Assembly: GCA_045597805.1 (NCBI GenBank)
Contig: JAZLKW010000024.1
Span: forward strand, 1 to 52,644
Origin: Candidatus Avispirillum sp.
Lineage (GTDB): Bacteria; Bacillota; Clostridia; Oscillospirales; CAG-272
Reading direction: 5' to 3'
Length of the DNA: 52,644 bases
This document shows, in pieces, positions 1-7,671 of this stretch. Below the pieces are notes generated by a model. That model saw nothing but the letters and a program-made list of their open reading frames with translations. It searched no databases and was not told where the DNA came from. The position numbers and the translations under genes are program-made. The stretch's first letter is position 1, and each line of letters opens with the position of its first letter.

Positions 1-193
1 TCTCATAAAGAGCGTGGCAGTTTTTGCAGCCGGAGCCGAGAACCTTGATGCAACAGATGCCGTCAACCTTTTCGCCACAGCAAGTGGACGATGCAGCAGT
101 TTCTTTGACTTTGGCAGTATCACAGCCGCAACCGCAGGAGCAGCCGCACGCAGTTTCTTTCTTTTCTTCCTTTTTCTTTCCGAATAATGACAT
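1..193 (-). CDS. Thioredoxin-like small redox-active disulfide protein with Cys-rich N-terminal extension (runs off the window edge)
   Basis: Not in the ORF track. Manual translation from ATG at 193 (RBS GGAGGT at 201-206): MSLFGKKKEEKKETACGCSCGCGCDT...CCIKVLGSGCKNCHALYE. IKVLGxGCxxC is typical of thioredoxin-like proteins in ars operons. Confidence 0.85.
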   Translation of the reverse strand, partial: MSLFGKKKEEKKETACGCSCGCGCDTAKVKETAASSTCCGEKVDGICCIKVLGSGCKNCHALYE

Positions 194-208
194 AATAAAT
201 ACCTCCGT

Positions 209-403
209 TTATTTTTCGCTTTCAAAGCGATTTTTTAAAACTTTGTAATGATTGTAATTGCTTTTGTCTCCGCCATTGTCCGGGAACAGACAAAACGGAA
301 GACTGTCAGTATTTCTGTGTTTTATTACACACGCACAGCATTTGCCGTGATTGGGGCAAGACGTTTTCGGGCAAGCACATTCTTTTACGTTAGGACATTC
401 CAT
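209..403 (-). CDS. Small Cys-rich protein (DUF6485-like)
   Basis: 64 aa with CxCPxxxCxNHGKCCACV...LPFC, RBS GGAGG upstream, in operon with the permease. Confidence 0.75.
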   Translation of the reverse strand: MECPNVKECACPKTSCPNHGKCCACVIKHRNTDSLPFCLFPDNGGDKSNYNHYKVLKNRFESEK

Positions 404-414
404 TTACCTCCACC

Positions 415-1410
415 TCACATAATCAAAAATTGAATTGCATTAAACAAATATCCTACAAGGATAATACCGACCGTACAAATGGCAATGAATATGCCGAGCA
501 GCTTCGGCTTTATTGCTTTTTTGAGCATTACCATTGACGGCAGCGAAAGGGTTGTAACTCCCATCATAAAGGAGAGAACAACGCCGAGCCGTGCGCCCTT
601 TGCCAGCAATGCCTCTGCAATCGGGATCGTGCCGAAAATATCGGCATACATCGGAACACCGGCCACCGTGGCGATCAATACGCCGAACGGATTGCCCGTA
701 CCGAGAATTTTTACGATATAATCCTCCGGTATCCAGTTATGAATGACAGCACCGATTGCAACACCGATCAGCACGTAAGGAAACACCTTTTTTGCCGTGC
801 CGCAGGCCTGCTCCCAAGCATATTTGCATCTGTCCCCCCAACGCAGTTCGTCCTGCGGTAGGTCAATGGATTTTCCGTTGCGAATAAATTCCTCGACCTG
901 ATTTTCAAGATGCAGCTTCTCGATCAGTGTACCGCCTGCAACGGCGATTACAAGACCGAAAACCACATAAAGCACAGCGACCTTCCAGCCGAAGATACTC
1001 ATCAGCAGAACAAGACTGCCGAGATCGACCATAGGGGAAGAAATCAGAAACGAGAACGTCACGCCGAGAGGAAGTCCTGCGCTTGTAAAGCCGATAAACA
1101 GCGGGATGGATGAGCAGGAACAAAACGGTGTTACCGTTCCGAGTAATGCGGCGATGCAATTCGCCCACAACCCGTGAAATCTGCCGAGTATCTTTTTGCT
1201 TCTCTCCGGTGGAAAATAGCTTTGAATGTACGAAATGATAAAAATCAGCACGCAGAGAAGTATCATGATTTTGATGCAGTCATAAAGGAAGAACTGAACG
1301 CTGCCCCCGATACGATTTTCAATGTCAAGACCGAAGGAACGAAGCATTGCGCCGATCAGTCTGTTCAGCCATTTCATTCCCAAGGCCTCATCCTGAATGA
1401 ATTGCCACAT
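415..1410 (-). CDS. ArsP/DUF318-family permease (putative organoarsenical exporter)
   Basis: Hydrophobic 331 aa with TPFCSCSSIP and FLISSP motifs, next to an ArsR regulator. Confidence 0.9.
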   Translation of the reverse strand: MWQFIQDEALGMKWLNRLIGAMLRSFGLDIENRIGGSVQFFLYDCIKIMILLCVLIFIISYIQSYFPPERSKKILGRFHGLWANCIAALLGTVTPFCSCSSIPLFIGFTSAGLPLGVTFSFLISSPMVDLGSLVLLMSIFGWKVAVLYVVFGLVIAVAGGTLIEKLHLENQVEEFIRNGKSIDLPQDELRWGDRCKYAWEQACGTAKKVFPYVLIGVAIGAVIHNWIPEDYIVKILGTGNPFGVLIATVAGVPMYADIFGTIPIAEALLAKGARLGVVLSFMMGVTTLSLPSMVMLKKAIKPKLLGIFIAICTVGIILVGYLFNAIQFLIM

Positions 1411-1430
1411 AAAAATTCTCCAATCAATCC

Positions 1431-1454
1431 ATATATTTAAATACGTCGATATAT
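1431..1454. promoter_or_regulatory. Putative ArsR operator upstream of the permease
   Basis: Imperfect inverted repeat ATATTTA-AATACG-TCGATAT, similar to the site in the arsR promoter. Confidence 0.5.
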
Positions 1455-1488
1455 AGTTATGAAATATAGTCGTGCCGTAAAAATGCTT

Positions 1489-1803
1489 TTATTTTTCACA
1501 GCACGACTTGTTATTTGGGGTGCATCCGTTTTCTTTCAGTGCGTTCAGATAGCCGATGGCGATGTCAATACCGTTTGAAGAAATGGAGTAGTGCATCCAT
1601 TTTCCTTCTTTTCGTCCGATGTCTAAACCGGAATCTGTCAGCACTTTCATATGATGGGAAAGCGTAGACTGTGCGATGTTCAGATCGTCCAGCAGCTTGC
1701 AGGCGCATTTCTCTCCGCCCATCAGGTATTTGAGTATCCGCACACGGTTTTCATCGCATAATGCCTTGAATACAACAGGAGTACGTTTTTCGTCAAGCTC
1801 CAT
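1489..1803 (-). CDS. arsR: ArsR/SmtB-family metalloregulator
   Basis: FKALCDENRVRIL, EKCACKL, QSTLSHH, GKWMHY motifs and a C-terminal CC pair. Confidence 0.92.
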   Translation of the reverse strand: MELDEKRTPVVFKALCDENRVRILKYLMGGEKCACKLLDDLNIAQSTLSHHMKVLTDSGLDIGRKEGKWMHYSISSNGIDIAIGYLNALKENGCTPNNKSCCEK

Positions 1804-1842
1804 CCGAACACCTCCTTGTGCTTGATTATGATCACTATATAC

Positions 1843-1870
1843 ATTATATCGATATTTCTCGATTTGTCAA
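1843..1870 (-). promoter_or_regulatory. Sigma-A promoter of arsR with overlapping operator
   Basis: TTGACA-16bp-TATAAT on the minus strand, with the inverted repeat ATCGA-N6-TCGAT in the spacer. Confidence 0.7.
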
Positions 1871-1899
1871 GAAAATTCAAAAAAAGAATGAAGAATCAC

Positions 1900-2146
1900 A
1901 GGGCGAGACTACTTCGTTACGTAGTCTCGCCCTTACTGCATCCCTTTATTTTTATTTGTTCCGGGTAGGTTCTTTGCGGAGCTTTCTCTATAATTTGCAA
2001 GAGTGTTTGCACAAAGGCAAAGCCTTTGTGGGGGAGGCGCAGACCGTTGACTCGATTCGCACTTGCTTAGGCACCGATCAAGAAAGCGACCGTGTCCTTC
2101 CCGGGTTAGTTTCTTTGGGGCGCCTTTCTTTTCAAAGAAAGGCGCG
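1900..2146. repeat. Composite palindromic region with two copies of the TTTCTTT..CTTTCTT/AAGAAAG element, one interrupted by a ~90 bp insert
   Basis: Hairpin GGGCGAGACTAC/GTAGTCTCGCCC; element copies at 1961-2087 and 2101-2145; similar copies at 7624-7666 and 38063-38102. Confidence 0.7.
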
Positions 2147-2623
2147 TACTCTTTTAACTATGATCCCGGCCGCGATGCCGATGACGGTGCCGGCGGCGAT
2201 GCCTCCGAGAACGAGGACGGGGAGGTAATAGGCGATCTGCTCCGTTCCGGTCACGGCTATCGCCACCCCGATCTGCGCCAGGTTATGGGAAACGCCTCCC
2301 GCGACGCTCACCGCCACGGGCGAAAATCTGTCCGTGCGGCGAAGGAGAGCCATCACGGTAAGGCTCAAAATTGTGCCGGCTATACTGTACCAGAAGCTCA
2401 TCATGCTTCCGAAGAGAAGGGCAGTCAGGACGCACCGCACCGCGGAGACCGCGGCGGCATCCCACACGCCGTACAGGTACAACACGCACACGATGAATAC
2501 GTTGGGAAGACCGATCTTCAGCCCGGGGATACCGAGAGAAAAGAAGCTTTCCACGTATGAAAGGATCATGGCGGCTGCCGCCGCCATGCCCAGGATCGCT
2601 GTTTTTTTTGCTTTGTTGTTCAT
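2132..2623 (-). CDS. Gx transporter family / heptaprenyl diphosphate synthase component I-like membrane protein
   Basis: LSYVE, PGLKIGLPN and GGVSHNLAQI motifs. Start placed at MNNK (2623); the ORF extends to 2674. Confidence 0.85.
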   Translation of the reverse strand: MNNKAKKTAILGMAAAAAMILSYVESFFSLGIPGLKIGLPNVFIVCVLYLYGVWDAAAVSAVRCVLTALLFGSMMSFWYSIAGTILSLTVMALLRRTDRFSPVAVSVAGGVSHNLAQIGVAIAVTGTEQIAYYLPVLVLGGIAAGTVIGIAAGIIVKRVRAFL

Positions 2624-2687
2624 ATTAATCAGCTGCGCTTGCCGCACCGCAAGCATACTTGGATTATATTTCACACTATGCGGGGGC

Positions 2688-4799
2688 TTACCAGGTGGGC
2701 ATGGGGTCCTTCGTATCCCTCGGGTTGTGGTAAGGCTTGCTCTTTGACGTTACCCAGCCATTCCACTCATAAGGATCGCGGACGGAGTCGTCACCCAGGG
2801 GGAAGTTCTCCCATTCGTCGTCAAGGTTGAGAATGGGATATTTGACTACCCAGTCGTACAGCCTCTTGTAGCGCTCGGCATATTTTGCCTGCTGTGCCTC
2901 CGTGCCTTCGAGATCAGCTGAGGTCGCAGAGAGGCACAGCCAGTACATGCTTGCAGCTATGTGCTCCACGTGGTCGATCTCGGAATCGGTCTTCGCCAGC
3001 GCAAGAGCATTGTCGGCGAGAGCGAACATCTCCTCGGCGTGTTCTCTGTAATAATCAATGCTCATCTGGTCGAACATCATATCACAGTTGTTCGAACCGC
3101 ACTTTCCGAGGGCATCGGTGGATTCCTCGTTCATTTCGATAAAGGTCTTTACGTATTCCCAGCCGTCGCCGTAATAGAAGCGCAGGAACTCGTCGATATA
3201 GCTCTGGTACTCCTCCTCCGTCATGTCGGGATCCCACTGCAGACGGATGTACATATACATGGTCAGAAGGTCGAAGCAGTTGCCGTCCTTATAGGTATCG
3301 GAGGTGCCGTAATAGCCCTCGCAGTAGACACCATCCACGCCGTGGTCGTTCAAGTACTTGATATCCTGCCTCATATGCTCGAACATGGCGGGCTCGGCAA
3401 GGAAGCCAGAATAAGAGGTAGCATAGATCCAGACGTACAGAGCGCCCTTTACAATTTCAGCCCATCTCTCGAAATAGGCGCTTTCCTTGATGTTATTGTA
3501 CCACAGACGGTTGCCCTCTTCATAGCACTGAGAGCCGTCGAAGGGATGGTTATTGCAGCCTCCCCAGCAGAAGAGGATATCAACGTGCTCGTTAGGCTCG
3601 AGGTTCTGGGGAGGAACGCGTGCCAGCCAGTACGCAGTGGTCATGACGTGGATTTCCGGATAAATCTCCGCCAGGTCCAGCGCAAGCTTGTTAATAAAGG
3701 TAAGCTGTGCGCCCATGAGAGAGTTTTCAGCCTTGTACAGTTTGTTGCAGCCGCGGCACTTGCAGTAGTCGGGGTTATCCATGGGAGCCACGGTCACTCT
3801 GTTGAACCTGTAGCCGCGCTCGTGCTTCATCTCAATATGCGCGATAAGATTTTCAAGGCACTGATCGTAGAGGTCGGTATTGCACCAGTCGGCATAGGAA
3901 TAATTGTCGTGCACGTAGTCGGGAGCATAATAGGACATGGTATGCGCCGAACCCTCATAGCCCACGGCATATCCGTACTTCTCGCTTTTTTCGAGGATAC
4001 CGCGGTTTTTCCAGCTTGACGTTTTCAGCTTCAGCGCCGCCTCGGTGTTGGGTATTCTGTTGTCCTTCTGGTAGCTCCAGGTCTGGCTGTCGCGGTCAAT
4101 GATGGTGGGAATATGGCGGTAGTGGGAGCCGTCGCGCACAACAACGCTCTGGTTTTCGTTTATATACTCGTTTTCACAGTTTATGAATACCCAGCCCACG
4201 TATCTCTCGAGGAAATCGTAAGCGGCGTACATACAACCGCGGAGAATACCGCCGGTAAGGTATACGTTTCCGCCGGAGGCGGAAATGTCGATGCCCTCAA
4301 CGCCCAGAGCTACGTCAGTCCTGAGGACGAGCTTATGGGCAGCCGCGGAATCAAGCTCTATGGGAAGCGTGCAGCCCGTTGCCGCCGCAAGATATTTCTG
4401 CAGCTCAGACGCGGCAAATTCCACGTTCTCGCTCTCGCCGTCCGAGTAAGTGATGACGAACTCCGAAACGTTGGTGCCCGCCAGCATGAGGCGTTTGACG
4501 GGGGCTTCGCTGTCGCCGTAAAGGGTGGGGACAAGCTCTGCAAAATATGCTTTGAGCCGGAGGATGTCGCGGGCGTTCGCCTCACCGTCGCCGTCGGCGT
4601 CCGCTGCGGCACGGTCTATTTCGGCGTAGTCCGTCACGCTCTGCTTTATGGTAGCAGTGTCGCGGGAGTTTACCGCACCGTCGCCGTTTGCATCGCCGAG
4701 AAGGGCGGCATGGTCAGCCTCGCTTATAAAGGCGCCAACGGGAAGAGCTGACGAAATCAGCATAACGAGCGCTATTGCGAGACACAGTAGTTTTTTCAT
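2688..4799 (-). CDS. Secreted dockerin + DUF4838-like protein
   Basis: Signal peptide MKKLLCLA after RBS AGGAG; dockerin GDANGDGAVNSRD...ADADGDGEANARD; GGxxRGxMYAAYDFLE; DNPDYCKCxxC; LQWDP...FLRFYYG. Confidence 0.85.
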   Translation of the reverse strand: MKKLLCLAIALVMLISSALPVGAFISEADHAALLGDANGDGAVNSRDTATIKQSVTDYAEIDRAAADADGDGEANARDILRLKAYFAELVPTLYGDSEAPVKRLMLAGTNVSEFVITYSDGESENVEFAASELQKYLAAATGCTLPIELDSAAAHKLVLRTDVALGVEGIDISASGGNVYLTGGILRGCMYAAYDFLERYVGWVFINCENEYINENQSVVVRDGSHYRHIPTIIDRDSQTWSYQKDNRIPNTEAALKLKTSSWKNRGILEKSEKYGYAVGYEGSAHTMSYYAPDYVHDNYSYADWCNTDLYDQCLENLIAHIEMKHERGYRFNRVTVAPMDNPDYCKCRGCNKLYKAENSLMGAQLTFINKLALDLAEIYPEIHVMTTAYWLARVPPQNLEPNEHVDILFCWGGCNNHPFDGSQCYEEGNRLWYNNIKESAYFERWAEIVKGALYVWIYATSYSGFLAEPAMFEHMRQDIKYLNDHGVDGVYCEGYYGTSDTYKDGNCFDLLTMYMYIRLQWDPDMTEEEYQSYIDEFLRFYYGDGWEYVKTFIEMNEESTDALGKCGSNNCDMMFDQMSIDYYREHAEEMFALADNALALAKTDSEIDHVEHIAASMYWLCLSATSADLEGTEAQQAKYAERYKRLYDWVVKYPILNLDDEWENFPLGDDSVRDPYEWNGWVTSKSKPYHNPRDTKDPMPTW

Positions 4800-4824
4800 G
4801 TTGTACTCCTTTTTTGGGGGGACA

Positions 4825-6330
4825 TTAATCATATTTTGCGAATTCTTCGGCAAGGCGGTCGGTGTGGTTGAGCCACATATCCATCATAGCATAGTACCGC
4901 TCGTGGGTACGCCAGCCCTGGTCGATGGAGCCGCTGCCGTAATTTATTATGGTCGCGTTGGGGTAGGTGGCGCGGAGCAGGTCAACGTCCGCCTGAGAAA
5001 CGGCGGTCGATTCCAGCCACAGTCTCTCAAGCTTGGGGAGATCGAGGAGGGGCGTGATGTCCGACAGCCCGTGGTTATAGCTTATGTTCAGATCCACCAG
5101 CTGCTTGCAGGAGGCAAGCGGTGTAAGATCGGTGACGCTGTTAACGAAAAACTCAAGATAGTGCAGATGGGGAAGCTTAGCGAGGGGCGACAGGTCGGTC
5201 AGCTCATTGTCGGCAAGGATCAGAAGCCTCAATTCCGTGAGGTAGTCGCCTATAACGGAAATGTCGTTTATGCACTGGTGACCAAGGTCAAGTGCCTGAA
5301 GGTCGGTGCAGTATTTGAGCACCTGTATGTCCTGTGTGACCATAAACCTGTAATCGTAGGTGTATATGAGCACGGAGAACGCCACCTGATCGGTACGGAG
5401 CGACCAGCGCTGACCAAGGTACACTCTCCAAACTATTTTCACGTCCGGGCACTCGTCGCGCAGTTTTGCCATTTCCTCATTGGAGAGATAACAGTCGCAC
5501 ATGACAATCTTCCTCGCGCTGCAGAGTAGCGGGATCGCACGCTTTAATTCCTCCGTATGTCCGGGCATATATTTCCGGCTTATGTCAACGGTCTCAAGCA
5601 TGGAGTCCACAGGGGTACCCGCCACGTCCACAGTCCACCCGAAGATGACGTCCGGGAACTTTTCCACGAGGCTATGCTGCAGCTCCGCAGAAAGGGTCTG
5701 ACCGTGGAGATCCACAAAGGAAAGATTCGGGAAAATGGTCAGTTTTTCAGCGATGTCGCCGTCGATTTTCACGCCCTGAAGGTCGATTTTCTCCGCGTCC
5801 TCGCGGACCTTTGAGCCGTAGAGATCGTAAATGGCGACGATATTGAAATCGAGGTCGGGGAAATTGCGGCACAGCTCTTCCCTTTCCTCCGAGGGCACGG
5901 CGTTTTCACCGAGGGTCACAGTTTTCGCACGTCTGAAATAGGGGAGAAACCGCGAAAGCTCGGCTGTATCGGTGATCTCCACTGAAGACATATCAAGCTC
6001 CTCCACGTCCGTGAAGAACTCGCCTCCGTACATACGCGCAACGGCGCGGTATCTGAACTCCACTCCGGGAAATTCACAAAGAAGCGCTTCCTCCTCCGTC
6101 GCGTCCACATGATAGTCGCCCAGATCCGCCACCTTGAGGTTTTTCATGCGCCTGAGGTTTTTCCGGAGCGCTTCCGGCGACTCTATCTCGTCTCCGGAAA
6201 AGAAAACGTAGCTTTCCGCAGAGCTCACCTCGTGACCGAAAAGGTCAATATGCCCCGCGGAGCACTCGAAGCCCGCCGCGATGGCAATCACTGTCAGTAT
6301 CAGCAATATTGAAAATAAGACTTTTCTCAT
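4825..6330 (-). CDS. Exported leucine-rich repeat protein
   Basis: N-terminal hydrophobic segment; LRR units LQALDLGHQ, LRLLILADN, LHYLEFFVN, LVDLNISYN, LERLWLEST. Confidence 0.85.
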   Translation of the reverse strand: MRKVLFSILLILTVIAIAAGFECSAGHIDLFGHEVSSAESYVFFSGDEIESPEALRKNLRRMKNLKVADLGDYHVDATEEEALLCEFPGVEFRYRAVARMYGGEFFTDVEELDMSSVEITDTAELSRFLPYFRRAKTVTLGENAVPSEEREELCRNFPDLDFNIVAIYDLYGSKVREDAEKIDLQGVKIDGDIAEKLTIFPNLSFVDLHGQTLSAELQHSLVEKFPDVIFGWTVDVAGTPVDSMLETVDISRKYMPGHTEELKRAIPLLCSARKIVMCDCYLSNEEMAKLRDECPDVKIVWRVYLGQRWSLRTDQVAFSVLIYTYDYRFMVTQDIQVLKYCTDLQALDLGHQCINDISVIGDYLTELRLLILADNELTDLSPLAKLPHLHYLEFFVNSVTDLTPLASCKQLVDLNISYNHGLSDITPLLDLPKLERLWLESTAVSQADVDLLRATYPNATIINYGSGSIDQGWRTHERYYAMMDMWLNHTDRLAEEFAKYD

Positions 6331-6364
6331 TTTTCGCCTGATTTTTATAATAATAATCTATAGT

Positions 6365-6463
6365 AATTTTATCACACGGAAAATGACTTTTCAATAGGTT
6401 TTATAAATAATAAGGTAAATTCGTGCAGCCTTTATTGACTCGGGGCCGCAAGTGTGCTATGAT
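6365..6463. promoter_or_regulatory. Divergent sigma-A promoters (LRR gene and coiled-coil gene)
   Basis: Minus strand TTGAAA-17-TAAAAT; plus strand TTGACT-17-TATGAT, each with an extended TG. Confidence 0.55.
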
Positions 6464-6490
6464 TTTATAAAGACCTTTCTGGAGGGTATT

Positions 6491-6880
6491 ATGACTGATC
6501 AGGAAATATCAAAGCTCACAAGAAAAGAGCTTATAGAAATGCTTCTCGCAGCGACTGAAGAGAACGCCGGGCTCAAAGAAGAGATCGAAAAGCTGAACCG
6601 AGAGCTCCGCGTCCGCAGGATAGCCATCGAGAGCTCCGGCACCATGGCTGAAGCGGCTCTCAAGCTGAACCGCGTATTCGAGGCGGCAGACGCCGCAGCG
6701 AAGCAGTATCTGCAGAACGTAAAGGCAAAAGCGGACGCGGAAAAGAAATCGGAAGAGGATACCGCGAAGACCGCCAAAGAGGTGGAAGCGGCAGTGGAAG
6801 AGCTGATATCCGGAACGCAAGACGAAACGGAAGCGGCCGCCAAAGCCGGTGCAAAGCCCGAAAAAGAAAAAGAGGCGTGA
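6491..6880 (+). CDS. Small coiled-coil protein of the type found upstream of signal peptidase genes
   Basis: GGAGG RBS before ATG 6491; MTDQEISKLTRKELIEML...SGTMAEAALKLNRVFEAADAAAKQYL. Confidence 0.75.
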   Translation: MTDQEISKLTRKELIEMLLAATEENAGLKEEIEKLNRELRVRRIAIESSGTMAEAALKLNRVFEAADAAAKQYLQNVKAKADAEKKSEEDTAKTAKEVEAAVEELISGTQDETEAAAKAGAKPEKEKEA

Positions 6881-6883
6881 GCT

Positions 6884-7444
6884 GTGGCAAAGCGTAATTT
6901 GACCCTTGACCGTCCCACTGCGGAGCAGCTCCGTGAGGAGCTTCGGCACGAGACCGAAAAGGAACAGAAGAAAATGCGCCGTTCGATAAAAGCGGGGATA
7001 GCGTTCGCCGCCGTCGCCGTAGTGCTTGTCATCGCCCTTTGCATTTTCCCCGTTTTGGAGATCAGCGGCGGCGCCATGACGTCCTCGTATCCCGATTCGT
7101 CTGCGGTGATAGCGTTCAGGTCTCCCGTTCTGCATCACGGCAGCGTTGTCGCCTACGCCTACGGCAACAAAACGCAGGCGGGCCGGATCATAGGTCTGCC
7201 CGGTGATGTGGTAGACATCGGGCGTGACGGGAAAGTGACCGTCAACGGCGAAGAGACAGAGGAAGATTACGTAAAAGAACTCGCTTTCGGTGACTGCGAT
7301 GCTGCGCTTCCCTGCACCGTACCCGAGGGACGGTATTTCGTTCTCGGTGATGACAGAGAGAACGCTCTCGATTCGCGGAATAAGAAGGTCGGCTGCATAG
7401 ACAAAAGCCAGATCGAAGGCGTGATTTTAGTCAGGATAAAATAA
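6884..7444 (+). CDS. Signal peptidase I (S26) homologue, predicted catalytically inactive
   Basis: TM helix, RIIGLPGD and YFVLGDDRENALDSR boxes present, but GxSM reads GGAM and KR reads GR. Confidence 0.85.
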   Translation: MAKRNLTLDRPTAEQLREELRHETEKEQKKMRRSIKAGIAFAAVAVVLVIALCIFPVLEISGGAMTSSYPDSSAVIAFRSPVLHHGSVVAYAYGNKTQAGRIIGLPGDVVDIGRDGKVTVNGEETEEDYVKELAFGDCDAALPCTVPEGRYFVLGDDRENALDSRNKKVGCIDKSQIEGVILVRIK

Positions 7445-7468
7445 AAAAGCCCCAAAGGGGCTTTTTTT
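7443..7468. terminator. Bidirectional intrinsic terminator
   Basis: AAAAAAGCCCC-AAA-GGGGCTTTTTTT. Confidence 0.8.
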
Positions 7469-7500
7469 AGTTTTAAGTTTTAAGAATTAAGTTTTAAGAG
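7464..7500. repeat. Heptamer tandem repeat (TTTTAAG)n
   Basis: TTTTTAG TTTTAAG TTTTAAG AATTAAG TTTTAAG AG. Confidence 0.7.
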
Positions 7501-7582
7501 GCGGCGAAGCCGCCCCGAAAGCACACCTCCCCCTGTAACGGGCGACCGCACCCCTACGGGAAAGCGGACGGTTTCTGCATGC

Positions 7583-7666
7583 AAAAAGGGATGCAGTTAT
7601 TGCACCCCTTTTTATTTGCCTTTGGGTAAGTTTCTTTCGGGCGCCTTTCTTTTCAAAGAAAGGCGC
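7583..7666. repeat. TTTCTTT element plus terminator-like hairpin just downstream of thrS
   Basis: AAAAAGGGATGCA/TGCACCCCTTTTT hairpin and GCGCCTTTCTT-TTCA-AAGAAAGGCGC hairpin, the latter identical to 2120-2145. Confidence 0.75.
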
Positions 7667-7671
7667 ATAAA

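Noticed and set aside
1818-2228. 136 aa ORF across the repeat region, and similar ORFs at 37714-38203 and 48567-48857
   Set aside because: They run through palindromic repeats and lack an RBS or recognisable protein features.
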